A DNA stretch of 64,000 nucleotides from Candidatus Latescibacterota bacterium (GTDB taxonomy: Bacteria; Latescibacterota; UBA2968; GCA-2709665): contig OZ244937.1 of the NCBI GenBank assembly GCA_965222075.1, positions 3,520,001 to 3,584,000 of the forward strand, read 5' to 3'. Shown here piece by piece: positions 28,605-38,250 of the stretch; within the stretch, counting starts at the first letter, position 1; each line of letters starts with the position of its first letter. The position numbers were made by a program, and so were the translations under genes. Below the pieces are notes generated by a model that saw nothing but the letters and a program-made list of their open reading frames with translations, ran no database searches and was not told the DNA's origin.

Positions 28605-29468
28605 GTGGCGAGAGTTGTCGGCATCGCTTTTGAAGACGTCAAAGACTCCCTGCATCGTTATCTGGAAGATGTGGCAGCCTCCCAACCCCTCACGGCCAAG
28701 GAGGAAGTCGCCCTCGCGCGCCGGATCAAAAAAGGCGATATGAAGGCCCGTGCAAAACTGGTAGAGGCCAATCTGCGATTTGTCATCACCGTTGCGCGGG
28801 AATACCAGAACCAGGGCGTCCCCCTGGTGGACCTCATCAGTGCCGGAAACATCGGGCTGATTACAGCCGCAGAGCGCTTCGACGAAACCAAGGGATTCAA
28901 ATTTATTTCCTATGCGGTCTGGTGGATCCGGCAGTCCATCCTGCAGACCCTGGCAGAGCACTCCCGCGTGGTGCGTCTCCCACTGAACCGGGTAGACCTC
29001 CTGCGCAGGATCTCTCGCTATACCAACAGCCGGCAACAGGAGACGTCTGTTCGTCCCGCAGAAGAAGAGATCGCCAAGGAACTCGGCATCTCGGTCGAGC
29101 AGGTCGTGGATACCCTCACCAGCGGTCAGCGTATCCTCTCTCTCGACGCCACCTTTGGAGACGATGACGAAAACAGCCTGCTGGAAATCATGCCCGACGA
29201 AAACCAGGAATCTCCCGACACACTCCTCCTGAAAAACGCTCTCGAAGAAGAAATCGAAACCGCCCTCAGCACCCTCGAAGAACGGGAGCAGGAGGTCATC
29301 CGGCTCTATTTCGGCCTGGGCGGATCGCCCGAAATGACCCTGGAAGAAATCGGCATCCAGTTCAGACTCACAAGGGAACGCGTGCGTCAAATCAAAGAAA
29401 AGGCGCTCCACAAGCTGCGCCATCCCACGCGCGGGCGGAAACTCATTCCCTACTCAGATGAGATCTGA
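28605..29468 (+). CDS. Short RpoD/SigA-type sigma70 factor (no region 1.1)
   Basis: LVEANLRFV, GFKFISYAVWWIRQSI, LTRERVRQIKEKAL; SD gaggtg before GTG. Confidence 0.92.
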   Translation: MARVVGIAFEDVKDSLHRYLEDVAASQPLTAKEEVALARRIKKGDMKARAKLVEANLRFVITVAREYQNQGVPLVDLISAGNIGLITAAERFDETKGFKFISYAVWWIRQSILQTLAEHSRVVRLPLNRVDLLRRISRYTNSRQQETSVRPAEEEIAKELGISVEQVVDTLTSGQRILSLDATFGDDDENSLLEIMPDENQESPDTLLLKNALEEEIETALSTLEEREQEVIRLYFGLGGSPEMTLEEIGIQFRLTRERVRQIKEKALHKLRHPTRGRKLIPYSDEI

Positions 29469-29496
29469 AGCACCGATCAAAGAATTCAAAAAACAC

Positions 29497-29540
29497 AAAG
29501 AGGGACAAACCGGCCTCAAAGCCAGTCGTCCCTCTTTTTA
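29497..29540. terminator. Bidirectional intrinsic terminator candidate
   Basis: aaagagggac...gtccctcttttt between convergent genes. Confidence 0.6.
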
Positions 29541-29595
29541 TTGTCAAACGACAATCCGAAATCTGCAATTCTCTGCTTCGCGCTTCGCACCTGTG

Positions 29596-30435
29596 TTAAA
29601 GACTTTGAAGCTCCGCCGCCGAAGCCCACAGCAGCGGAACGACCAGGTCCTCCTCCACAGAACCATCGTGAGTCCCCAGGTCTCCCTCCCTGTTATCGCT
29701 CCCTCCCGGCGCCTCGTGCAGCCCGTGGTCCGCCAGCACCATGAGCGCATAACCGGCCTCTCCCAAAAAGGCAAAAAAATTCTTTAAACGGCGGTCCATC
29801 TCCAACGCTGCGTGTGTAACCTCGGCCGTATACGGGCCATAGGCGTGACTGGTCTCATCGATATCGATCAGATGAACAAAGGCAAACGCAGGTTGGTGGG
29901 CGCGCACCAAATCGGGAACCCGATCGTAAATCTCGGCATCTTCCCTATCTTCGGCCAAAACCGTTTGATCCGCATACCGATCCAGCGGAATACCCTCCAC
30001 GTCCCTCCTGTGAACCGCCAGAAAGGTTTCCCGCCTGGCATCGCGCACCCTGTCGAAAACGGTATCAAGCTGAGGAGCGTTTGCAACCCGAACCATATCC
30101 TCCAGATTGACCACACCGTGGTTTTCAGGAGAGACCCCGGTTAGCATCGTGGAGAGGCAGATGTACGTCAGGGAAGGCAAAACCGACGAGATATCCAGAC
30201 GGTGCAACCCGGCAAGCCGATTCAGCGTGGGAACGGCATGCTCAACGTGCAACCAGAGGGCCGATCCAAACCCGTCAATAACCACCAGAACGAGCCGTTC
30301 GGCCGAAGGAAGCGTATCTAAGACTTCGGCAACCGGCCCCACCTCGGCCCCCCGGGGGACGGGGACGTCTAAGATCTGCGCCACCGTAGGAGAAATCGCA
30401 CGCAGATCGTAACCATCCAACACTGACACGCTCAA
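29596..30435 (-). CDS. Alkaline phosphatase superfamily (phosphodiesterase-like) protein
   Basis: VVIDGFG, PSLT, TGVSPENHG, DIDETSH, LADHG. Confidence 0.82.
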   Translation of the reverse strand: MSVSVLDGYDLRAISPTVAQILDVPVPRGAEVGPVAEVLDTLPSAERLVLVVIDGFGSALWLHVEHAVPTLNRLAGLHRLDISSVLPSLTYICLSTMLTGVSPENHGVVNLEDMVRVANAPQLDTVFDRVRDARRETFLAVHRRDVEGIPLDRYADQTVLAEDREDAEIYDRVPDLVRAHQPAFAFVHLIDIDETSHAYGPYTAEVTHAALEMDRRLKNFFAFLGEAGYALMVLADHGLHEAPGGSDNREGDLGTHDGSVEEDLVVPLLWASAAELQSL

Positions 30436-31814
30436 CCCCTTTCTCCGGCAAGCACGGCAACCCGGTCCTTAAACAAACGCCCCCGCTCCTCGAAATTTCG
30501 AAACATATCGTAGCTCGCAGAAGCGGGAGATAAGAGAACCGCGCCCCCCGGCCGAGCCAGTTCCGCCGCCGTTGCGACGGCTTCTTCAAGAGAAATCACC
30601 CGGTGAATTCGCGTTGGCGCCTCCCCTGGAACCGAAGCCGCAATCGCATCGGCCGTCTTACCCAGAAGGATCAAATCGGAGACCTTCTGGCCGATCACCA
30701 GCCCCAGCGCGCCAAACGCGAGCCCCTTGTCGTACCCCCCCGCAATCAGAACAATCCCCCCCGACAATGCCTCCAGAGCCACCCGGGTCCGGTCCGGGCT
30801 TGTGGCGACCGAATCGTTGTAATAGGTCACCCCTCCGATTTCCACAACCCGCTCCAAGCGGTGTTCTACCCCAGGAAAAGAACGGAGCGCCTCTGCGATT
30901 TCCCGTTCGGGAACGCCCCTGCACAGCGCAGCGGCCGAAGCCGCAAGGGCGTTCGCCAGATTGTGCCGTCCCGTGATCTGGAGATCGGAGGTCGGACCGA
31001 CCGTCCGCTCTGGCCCCTCGAACGTATGCCGGATCTCCCCTTCCCGGATGAAGACCCCCCGCTCCAGCCCGCTCTCTAAGCTGAAGAGCAGGCACCTCCC
31101 CTCCCCTGAATCCGCCCAGCCGATCACCTCTGTGTCGTCCGCATTCAGCACTGCCCAATCCTCCCGGCGCTGGTAAGCCACAATCTGGCGCTTGGCATGC
31201 CGGTAAGCCTCTAAAGACCCGTGTACATCTAAGTGGTTGGGCGCAAAGTTGGTCACCACGGCAATCTGCGGGCTCCAGGACAAATCGCCCAGCCGGTCCA
31301 GTTGGAAGCTGGAAAGTTCCAGCACAACGGAACGATCCGGCGTAATCTCGTCCAGCCGGTCCAGCAGGGACCCGCCGATATTACCCCCCACCAGCGCATG
31401 CGGAGCGCCCCTTCGGAGCATCGCCCCCACAAGAGACGTCGTCGTCGTTTTCCCGCTGCTGCCCGTTACCCCCACAACCGGCGCAGCACAGCATTCCACA
31501 AAAAGGCAAACCTCGGTCGTAATCGGCACATCGGCCGCTTCGGCTGTCTGGAGAAAAGGGGAAGAGCGGGGTACGGCCGGATTGGCCACAATCAGATCCG
31601 CCTGCCGAAAATCCTCCTCATCGTGTCCACCCAGCCTGAAACGCACGGGTAGCCCCTCCAGAACCCCCAGCGATTCGGAAAGGTCATGGGCCGGCCGTAA
31701 GTCCGTTACCGTAACCCGGGCGCCCTCCCTGTAGAGGTAGCGTACGGCGCCCACGCCTCCCCCAAACAGTCCCAGCCCCATCACCAGTACCCGCCGTCCC
31801 TTGAGAGGCATCAC
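30432..31814 (-). CDS. murD: UDP-MurNAc-L-Ala--D-Glu ligase
   Basis: GLGLFGGG, VTGSSGKTTT, LELSSFQL, PNHLDVH, YNDSVAT, LSPASASYDMF. Confidence 0.9.
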   Translation of the reverse strand: MMPLKGRRVLVMGLGLFGGGVGAVRYLYREGARVTVTDLRPAHDLSESLGVLEGLPVRFRLGGHDEEDFRQADLIVANPAVPRSSPFLQTAEAADVPITTEVCLFVECCAAPVVGVTGSSGKTTTTSLVGAMLRRGAPHALVGGNIGGSLLDRLDEITPDRSVVLELSSFQLDRLGDLSWSPQIAVVTNFAPNHLDVHGSLEAYRHAKRQIVAYQRREDWAVLNADDTEVIGWADSGEGRCLLFSLESGLERGVFIREGEIRHTFEGPERTVGPTSDLQITGRHNLANALAASAAALCRGVPEREIAEALRSFPGVEHRLERVVEIGGVTYYNDSVATSPDRTRVALEALSGGIVLIAGGYDKGLAFGALGLVIGQKVSDLILLGKTADAIAASVPGEAPTRIHRVISLEEAVATAAELARPGGAVLLSPASASYDMFRNFEERGRLFKDRVAVLAGERG

Positions 31815-32704
31815 CGATCTTGCCCCTCCAGCATAACAACCAGCACCTCGGCCATCGTGATCAAATCCAGCGCATTGTGGTGCAGAATTTCCCGCATCTG
31901 AACCGCATTGCCCGTCTGCACAAACCGGTGGTAGGCGTCCGGAATTTCCGCCCCCGGAATATCGTCGTAACGGACGCGCCTGCAGATATACCGCTCCAGC
32001 GTCTGAAGTTTGCAGTTGTGCAGCCGCTTTCGCCAGCGCCGCCGCGCCTCATGGAGAATATCGACGTGGGCCTGGTGCAGCCGAAACGGGATGCCGTGAA
32101 AAATGGAGCGATCCCGAATATAGGGCAAATCGTAAGACTTGCCGTTGAAACTGACCACAACCCGGGCCGCCTCCAGGATATGGGAAAAATAGGCCAGCAG
32201 CGCGGCCTCTTCGGTATAATCGCGCGCTAAGAGTTGTCGAATCTGAAATCCGCCTTCCGAAAAGGTGAGCGCTCCCACCAGAAACAGCGGCGTCCCCGCA
32301 GAAAGGCCGGTCGCCTCAATATCCACATACAGAAGGCCCTCAGGCGCCGTCTCCGCCAGGGGGTGAAAACTGGTATGCAGACGGGTGAAGGCGTCTTTCC
32401 GCTGAATCCCGGAGAACAGCCGGACATGCCGTTCTTCAAACGCCTCTCCCCCTGTTGAGAACAGGTCCTGAAACGAGCGCTCGATTAGGAAAAAACACCC
32501 GGCCTCGGAACGCACCTCGGTCCCGTGGGCTACATCCTCTAAAGAGACCGTGAACCGCGCGTCCGAAGGGGTGGCAAATGCCCTTACTTCCAGATCCCTG
32601 TTCGCTGCGGCTTCCTCTCCTTCGGGAGCCGCCTCTTTCCCCCCGTGGCGAAGGCTGCCCCGGTTGAGGGCGGCAATACGTTTCCGGATCTCTTTGGATA
32701 GCAT
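31811..32704 (-). CDS. YprB-like RNase H-fold exonuclease
   Basis: VDIEATGL, SFNGKSYDLP, KLQTLE, HNALDL. Confidence 0.85.
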   Translation of the reverse strand: MLSKEIRKRIAALNRGSLRHGGKEAAPEGEEAAANRDLEVRAFATPSDARFTVSLEDVAHGTEVRSEAGCFFLIERSFQDLFSTGGEAFEERHVRLFSGIQRKDAFTRLHTSFHPLAETAPEGLLYVDIEATGLSAGTPLFLVGALTFSEGGFQIRQLLARDYTEEAALLAYFSHILEAARVVVSFNGKSYDLPYIRDRSIFHGIPFRLHQAHVDILHEARRRWRKRLHNCKLQTLERYICRRVRYDDIPGAEIPDAYHRFVQTGNAVQMREILHHNALDLITMAEVLVVMLEGQDR

Positions 32705-32848
32705 AAGAATCACGCCGAAACAGTCGTTGCCCAAAGATAACAGGTAAACACCCGTATTTTGGAATATAGACACACCCCAGCAGAACTTGGAAGAACGAAT
32801 GCAGCGAATCCGTTTGGCTGCATAAACTCATGCGAACTTCTGAAACCG

Positions 32849-33724
32849 CTACTCAATCAGGTTTCCAGTGTAAGAAATCCCTACCATCCAAGTAGCGCCA
32901 GCGAAATACGTATGGGGGGGAGGGCCTACGGATGGGTCAGCGCGCCCGTTGATGGTCATACGCGCCGCGGCTTCGAGGCTCAGGTTTTGCTGAAGACCAA
33001 CAAGGAGCGTGGGCACCAAATAGGTGATGCGCCTGCCGGCGCTTCCGATACCATCCAATTTGAGGACAAGGTGAAGTTTGTCCACGGGACTATAGCCTGC
33101 CTCGGCGTTATAAATTAACTCGTCGTCCGGGTCGTGGTGGGTTGTACTGTTTGTCTGCCGGAGGCGATACCCCAGATCGACATTGGCGTACAGTGGGCGA
33201 GGCCAGTAGGACCGACCGACTTGCGCGATGACTTCAAAATCCCACTGGCCATCGCTTTTGGAAACCGCCTCGGGCGCGGCGCGAAATTTACCTATTGGGG
33301 CTTTGACTCCAAGTTTCAGGGTGCCCACAAAAGGTTCTTGCACGAGGTTGATCTTGGCGAAGCCGCGAACGTCACACAAACCCGATTCCCCGGCCTGACT
33401 ACCAAACATCGCTTGATGCCTATCTGCTGTAAAATCTACAAATTCCCTGCTGATGGCAGCGAGCTGCAGGCCAATGTCGGTGCGGTCGTTCACGCCGTAA
33501 AACACGTCGAGATATACCTCTTGAGCGTTGTACTGGGCGGGGAACTTACCCACACTTCCATCCTTGTCATAATGTTCCGTAGTCGATTGATACAAGCCGG
33601 TGATCTTACTCCACACCTGGCCCTTTTTTAGCGTCCAGGCACCTGCACAGACGGTCTGGTGCAGAAGGACACTGAAGGCAACGATGAGAAAAGGGATCAT
33701 GTGTGGGGTGAGTTTTCGGTACAT
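32849..33724 (-). CDS. Putative outer-membrane beta-barrel protein
   Basis: Signal peptide ending AGA-WTL, alternating beta-strand pattern, C-terminal WMVGISY. Confidence 0.6.
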   Translation of the reverse strand: MYRKLTPHMIPFLIVAFSVLLHQTVCAGAWTLKKGQVWSKITGLYQSTTEHYDKDGSVGKFPAQYNAQEVYLDVFYGVNDRTDIGLQLAAISREFVDFTADRHQAMFGSQAGESGLCDVRGFAKINLVQEPFVGTLKLGVKAPIGKFRAAPEAVSKSDGQWDFEVIAQVGRSYWPRPLYANVDLGYRLRQTNSTTHHDPDDELIYNAEAGYSPVDKLHLVLKLDGIGSAGRRITYLVPTLLVGLQQNLSLEAAARMTINGRADPSVGPPPHTYFAGATWMVGISYTGNLIE

Positions 33725-33928
33725 AAACTTCAAGCACGGGTCCGAGATAAGCGTGGAAGCGCTCACTTTCTGCTCCTTTCTGATACGTCCCCGCGTTTTG
33801 CCAGACGGTCGCCTGGCAAATTAGAGGACAAAATTGTGATAAGGCACTTTCTCAGACACAAGGGTCTGGCCTGCTACCTGCTTGGTGGGCACGAAACGTA
33901 CAAGCCCAAAAAAGAAGTTGGGTTTGCA

Positions 33929-34852
33929 TCATCGTCTTACCTCCAAACGAACCTCTGCGGCGTAAACCGGAAGCCGCCCGACCGGACGGAACTTCTGCTT
34001 ATGCTGGCGCAATCCGGCCAGGTTCAGATCGCCGGCATCGTTAACCAGCCGATAGTCCGACAGCGACCGACAGACCTCCCAGCGCAAGTATTCCGACAGG
34101 CCCCGAACCTCGGGGTCGGTCTTGGCAATAAAAAAAGAGGCCAGATCATCCTGCATCCGCCCGCCCATTGCAAACCCAGCCACCCGCCCTTCGACCTTGA
34201 CACACCATCCCTGAAGGTCCTCCCGTGAAAATTCCCCATAACGCGCCAGAGCCGCACGCGTATATCCCCAGTCCAGAAGAAAGGCACGCCTGCGTCCCTG
34301 TCGCCGGCGCCAGTGCCTCAGCAGATCCTCACAGGCCGGAATATCCCCCTCCTCCATCTCCCGAAAATGGGCGCAAACCCCTCTTTGAAACCGGCGCAGC
34401 CGTTTGCGCAGATCCCGGTAGGGCCGCCCCAGAGCCGCGGCAACCCTGGCAGGATCGTAGAGGTACTCGGCATCTTTCAGTCGAAGTGTAAACCGGTCGG
34501 TTGGCAATCGGCGGGCATCCTCCTCGTCCACCCAGAGAATGCGGAAGGGCCGGTCGCCGTTTACCGCCATAAGGTCGTCTAAGGTGGAATCAAACGCATC
34601 GCTTGGAAAGGGAAGGGGCGGGACGAGCAAATCGATTTGAGATCCTTCCGGAGTAGTGCGCCGGACCGGCAGCCAGAGCGCATCCCCCCGCTCGACGAGG
34701 AACACCTCCCGCCCGGGAGGCAGGCTGTAGCAGCATAGAAAGGGCGCATAATAACACCACGCCCGTTTTGACGCATCGGAAAACGCCCTTCGGAGGCGAT
34801 CGGTATGTGCCGGAGTGAGCGGTTCGGACCCAAAAGGGAGATCATCGGCCAT
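33929..34852 (-). CDS. DUF2156 (MprF C-terminal / Fem-like GNAT fold) protein
   Basis: EYLYD, VAGFAMG, KTDPEVRGLSEYL, VNDAGDLNLAGLRQHKQKFRP. Confidence 0.78.
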   Translation of the reverse strand: MADDLPFGSEPLTPAHTDRLRRAFSDASKRAWCYYAPFLCCYSLPPGREVFLVERGDALWLPVRRTTPEGSQIDLLVPPLPFPSDAFDSTLDDLMAVNGDRPFRILWVDEEDARRLPTDRFTLRLKDAEYLYDPARVAAALGRPYRDLRKRLRRFQRGVCAHFREMEEGDIPACEDLLRHWRRRQGRRRAFLLDWGYTRAALARYGEFSREDLQGWCVKVEGRVAGFAMGGRMQDDLASFFIAKTDPEVRGLSEYLRWEVCRSLSDYRLVNDAGDLNLAGLRQHKQKFRPVGRLPVYAAEVRLEVRR

Positions 34853-35924
34853 GGCGTTTCCGGCTGCGCTTCCGATCTGCTGTATACAGTGCCCCCCTGT
34901 AGGGCCCCTGGATTCTGGGCCTTACATCGGATGTCGAAATCGTGCGGATCATCTGACTTATACCGGCCAGGACCTGAGCGCCCACATAGCGGTTAAAATC
35001 GGGCACAATCTCGACGGGGGCCAGTCCCATCTGCGTAAGCGCCCCAACCGCCTCGGCCGTTTCCTGGGGGCTGCGGTGCCCGAAACAGACATACCCCTGC
35101 TTACCCGCTCCGGATCGAAGGCCCGTGACACCCCGGGAAACAAACAAATCCAGCCCCTCCAGCGTATAAGGCGGATCGGTCAGAAAAACGTCGAACCGGC
35201 CGACCAGCTCGTCGGGCAGGTCCTGGCGCAGATCGTGCCTTCTTGCCTCCAGCGGGTATCCCGCCCTCCCGGCGGTGCCCCTCAGATAATCCACCAGCCG
35301 CCCATCGCATTCTAAAACAACGAGGTTCCGAACCTGGAGGCCCAGAAATTCCGAAAGCAGGCCAACCGCCAGCGAGGAAAGGTCGTCGTCTCCCAGAATC
35401 AGGACATCCCGCCCCTCCAAGGCGTCATACTCGTAGAGATACAACGCTCTGCGCAGGGCCGTCTCAGGCGTGGCGTGGGATTGGTCCAGCGTCACATCGA
35501 CCCCGGGGCGCCCTTCGCAGATTTCGCCCATGCGGTCCAGCAGCCCGCTCAAATCCGCGGGCAGAGATGGATAAAGCGGGCGGGGAAATCGCCGCCGACA
35601 GGAAAACCCCAGCACCCTTTGAACTGCCTCCACCCCCGCTTGGGTAAGGGCCATCCCGCCCTGCCGCTCCAGCACCCCCCGCCTTTCCAACTCCCCCCGA
35701 ACAGCGGCAACCACCGGAACCGGCAGCTCCACCTGCCGGGCCAGATCGCGGATGGGCACCGCGCCCTCTGTGAAGACCGCCCGGAGAACCCGCCGCACCC
35801 CTTCTGGACCTTCCGCCAAGCGGGCGGCCGCTGCCACATCGCCCAGCAATCGACCAGACCCCTGCAAATCAGCCTGTCCCACCCTCACCTTCTTCTGCGC
35901 CTTCACCCTGTTCTGAACCTTCAC
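34842..35924 (-). CDS. Branched-chain polyamine synthase BpsA-like (DUF43) with N-terminal wHTH
   Basis: LDQSHATPET..RR, ILGDDDLSSLA, HDLR, FDVFLTDPPYT. Confidence 0.82.
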   Translation of the reverse strand: MKVQNRVKAQKKVRVGQADLQGSGRLLGDVAAAARLAEGPEGVRRVLRAVFTEGAVPIRDLARQVELPVPVVAAVRGELERRGVLERQGGMALTQAGVEAVQRVLGFSCRRRFPRPLYPSLPADLSGLLDRMGEICEGRPGVDVTLDQSHATPETALRRALYLYEYDALEGRDVLILGDDDLSSLAVGLLSEFLGLQVRNLVVLECDGRLVDYLRGTAGRAGYPLEARRHDLRQDLPDELVGRFDVFLTDPPYTLEGLDLFVSRGVTGLRSGAGKQGYVCFGHRSPQETAEAVGALTQMGLAPVEIVPDFNRYVGAQVLAGISQMIRTISTSDVRPRIQGPYRGALYTADRKRSRKRHGR

Positions 35925-37032
35925 CCTCTGAGGCTTCCCCCTCCCCTTCCGGCTCGGTGGGAGTGGGCGCTTCCTCGCTTAAATCCTCCTCTTCCCATTC
36001 CAAGAGGTTCTCATCGTCCTTTCGCTTGCGCAAAATTACATAAATCAGGCTGATCCCCGAAGCGTATGACGCCTGCACGTAGGCAATCAGAACCCCCGCC
36101 AGCAGAACGATCATCACCGCCAGAATATACCCGGCCCAGACCACCGATCCCTCAGGCGTCTTGACCCTGGACACCTGAAACATAAGGGTGGGGTCCAGCA
36201 TAGTAAAATCAAAAGGGACATAATTTTTGGCCACGGAGTACATACCCACCAGCTTCTCCCGCATAAACCACCCGCATGCCCTGTTAATCAGGCAGGCGGT
36301 CGCAACCATCAAAGCGCCCAGGATGGTCGCGCCGATCAAGACGGAAATCTTCATCCACAGCACATAAATCAGCAGCCGCCACGGCTGGCTCCAGACCATT
36401 GAGAAGGACTGGATCACAACCTCCAGCGCGTCTTCACCTACCGTACCCACAACGGCGGGCGACATCATAAAGGCCACCACAAAGGCGATCGAGATAAACA
36501 CAGCCACTAAGGCCGCGAAAAAGATCGGAATGAAAGAAACGGCGAAAAGAAGTTCGCCCACCCATGGAATGTAGTGCCCCACCAGGCCGATGAGGATGCC
36601 GGCAATCACAAAAAAGACGAAAAGAGCCAGAACCGCAATCGGCCCGAAAAGAACGCCCGTCCAGTTGGACTTGAGGAACTTCCAGGCGTCTCCCGATGAG
36701 TAGAAATCATCTTCCCTGAGCTGCTGGTAGGTAATATTACAGATCATGCACGTCGTCAGGAGGGTCACCGCCAGCCCATAGAGTATGGCGATCATGTCAA
36801 TAACTGTGCCCAGCGGCGCGTGCATGCCCGGAGCGGCGCCGGGAAAGAGACCGTACTGGTGCCAGACCCAGCTGAGATCCTTCCCGTCGGTGAGGTGGGC
36901 AACCGTGACCAGAATCGAGTAGCCCACATACGCGGCGATCAACCCACACAAGCCAACCCAGATCTTTTTCCCGGACCAGCCGAGACGAACAACGCGGAAG
37001 ATGTCACGGATATCAAAATGGAGCTTGGCCAT
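35869..37032 (-). CDS. Hypothetical multi-pass membrane protein
   Basis: SD aaggagg before MAKLHF; about 6-7 TM helices; acidic tail. Confidence 0.75.
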   Translation of the reverse strand: MAKLHFDIRDIFRVVRLGWSGKKIWVGLCGLIAAYVGYSILVTVAHLTDGKDLSWVWHQYGLFPGAAPGMHAPLGTVIDMIAILYGLAVTLLTTCMICNITYQQLREDDFYSSGDAWKFLKSNWTGVLFGPIAVLALFVFFVIAGILIGLVGHYIPWVGELLFAVSFIPIFFAALVAVFISIAFVVAFMMSPAVVGTVGEDALEVVIQSFSMVWSQPWRLLIYVLWMKISVLIGATILGALMVATACLINRACGWFMREKLVGMYSVAKNYVPFDFTMLDPTLMFQVSRVKTPEGSVVWAGYILAVMIVLLAGVLIAYVQASYASGISLIYVILRKRKDDENLLEWEEEDLSEEAPTPTEPEGEGEASEGEGSEQGEGAEEGEGGTG

Positions 37033-37065
37033 AAACAGCCTCCTTCGTAAAATGGCGCAGGGGAG

Positions 37066-37408
37066 GAGAGTATAAATTGAACCGTGTAAATGGCCAACAT
37101 CTCCAAAGATGCCTATCGTATGGCATCCCATCACCAAGGAGAAGAAATGGCCAAACTGGAAGATCATCTACACCACAAACGCCATTGAACCGATGAACCG
37201 GTCCTTGCGAAACATCATCAAAAACAGGGGCGCATTCCCTTCTGATGAGGCGGCCACAAAGCTGATCTATTTGGCTTTGAGGAACATTGCCAAGAGGTGG
37301 GGTCACGACCTATCCAGGACTGGAAGGCAGCGCTCAATCGCTTCGTGATTCTCTTCGAGGATCGGGTGCCACGGCCATAGCCATTTACATATTTCGGTTG
37401 ACACTCCC
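37066..37408 (+). mobile_element. Internally deleted IS256-family element (343 bp) with 8-bp target site duplication
   Basis: IRL gagagtataaattgaaccgtgtaaatggc, IRR gccatttacatatttcggttgacactccc, flanked by CAGGGGAG (37058-65 and 37409-16). Transposase tail YTTNAIEPMN...RGAFPSDEAATKLIYL. Confidence 0.85.
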
Positions 37409-37482
37409 CAGGGGAGGGGTGCAAGACGCCGGGCCCACGGAAAATAGCACAGATTCCACAAAATTAGGCGGTTACGGCGGCT

Positions 37483-37511
37483 ATTATGCAACATTGCCCG
37501 GGGAAAGTCAA
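37483..37511 (-). promoter_or_regulatory. Sigma70 promoter candidate for the membrane protein-bpsA operon
   Basis: TTGACT-17 nt-CATAAT on the minus strand. Confidence 0.55.
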
Positions 37512-37587
37512 GGGAAATATGGCGCAGAGGAGGGGGGGGATTTCGGAATGCGGACTTAAGGTTTTTCAATCCGCATTCCGCATGCTT

Positions 37588-38163
37588 CTATCGTTCGTCC
37601 AACGGGAAGGGAAGGGTCTGTCGAATCCGATTGAGAAAGCCTTGGAGGGGAATGCGTAGGGTGCGACGGTTGGGGGCCGGTTTAAACAGAGGCCCATCCG
37701 GAAAGGGGTTGACCCCGGTCCGAAGCAAGACGTGCGGTCCCTTTCCCTCCTCGGCCTGGACACTGTAGCACCCCTGACCAAGACCGATGGGCCAGGGCGA
37801 ACCGAAATCGTCGGGGCCGGAGAGAAAAACTACCGTCTCCTCGCCGGGTACAAATCCGGGAATGCCCAGCACGGCAACCCGTTGACTGTCTACGCTCCCT
37901 CCAGGGAGGGTAAGCACGATCTCGCCGCCCGGGTCTCCTTTAACCGAAGACAGGACCTCCAGCCGGGTCCGGGTAAAAACACTCCCCCGTTCGGCGTCCC
38001 GGAAGCTCCGGCTCTCCACACACCGGACGTGGGCAATCGTCTCTGCCCGAACACAGAGCGAGTCAAACGCAAAGCGAACAACCGATGTCGCCCCGGCCTT
38101 CTGAACAAACGCCGTGGAGAAGGCGAAGAGGGCTGAGAAAAGCACGGATCGAAACATCACCAA
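37588..38163 (-). CDS. Hypothetical exported protein
   Basis: Signal peptide; LPGG...GIPGFVPGEETVVFL...GLGQG. Confidence 0.7.
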   Translation of the reverse strand: MVMFRSVLFSALFAFSTAFVQKAGATSVVRFAFDSLCVRAETIAHVRCVESRSFRDAERGSVFTRTRLEVLSSVKGDPGGEIVLTLPGGSVDSQRVAVLGIPGFVPGEETVVFLSGPDDFGSPWPIGLGQGCYSVQAEEGKGPHVLLRTGVNPFPDGPLFKPAPNRRTLRIPLQGFLNRIRQTLPFPLDER

Positions 38164-38197
38164 ACCTCCAAAAACAAACGTTCAACCCAGGTGATGG

Positions 38198-38225
38198 AAA
38201 AGAGGCGTTTCTCTTGAGACGCCTC
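38198..38225 (-). terminator. Intrinsic terminator candidate after cca
   Basis: Minus strand gaggcgtctc aa gagaaacgcctc tttt. Confidence 0.5.
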
Positions 38226-38250
38226 ATATCCGCTTCCGTTCCCCCTCTTT

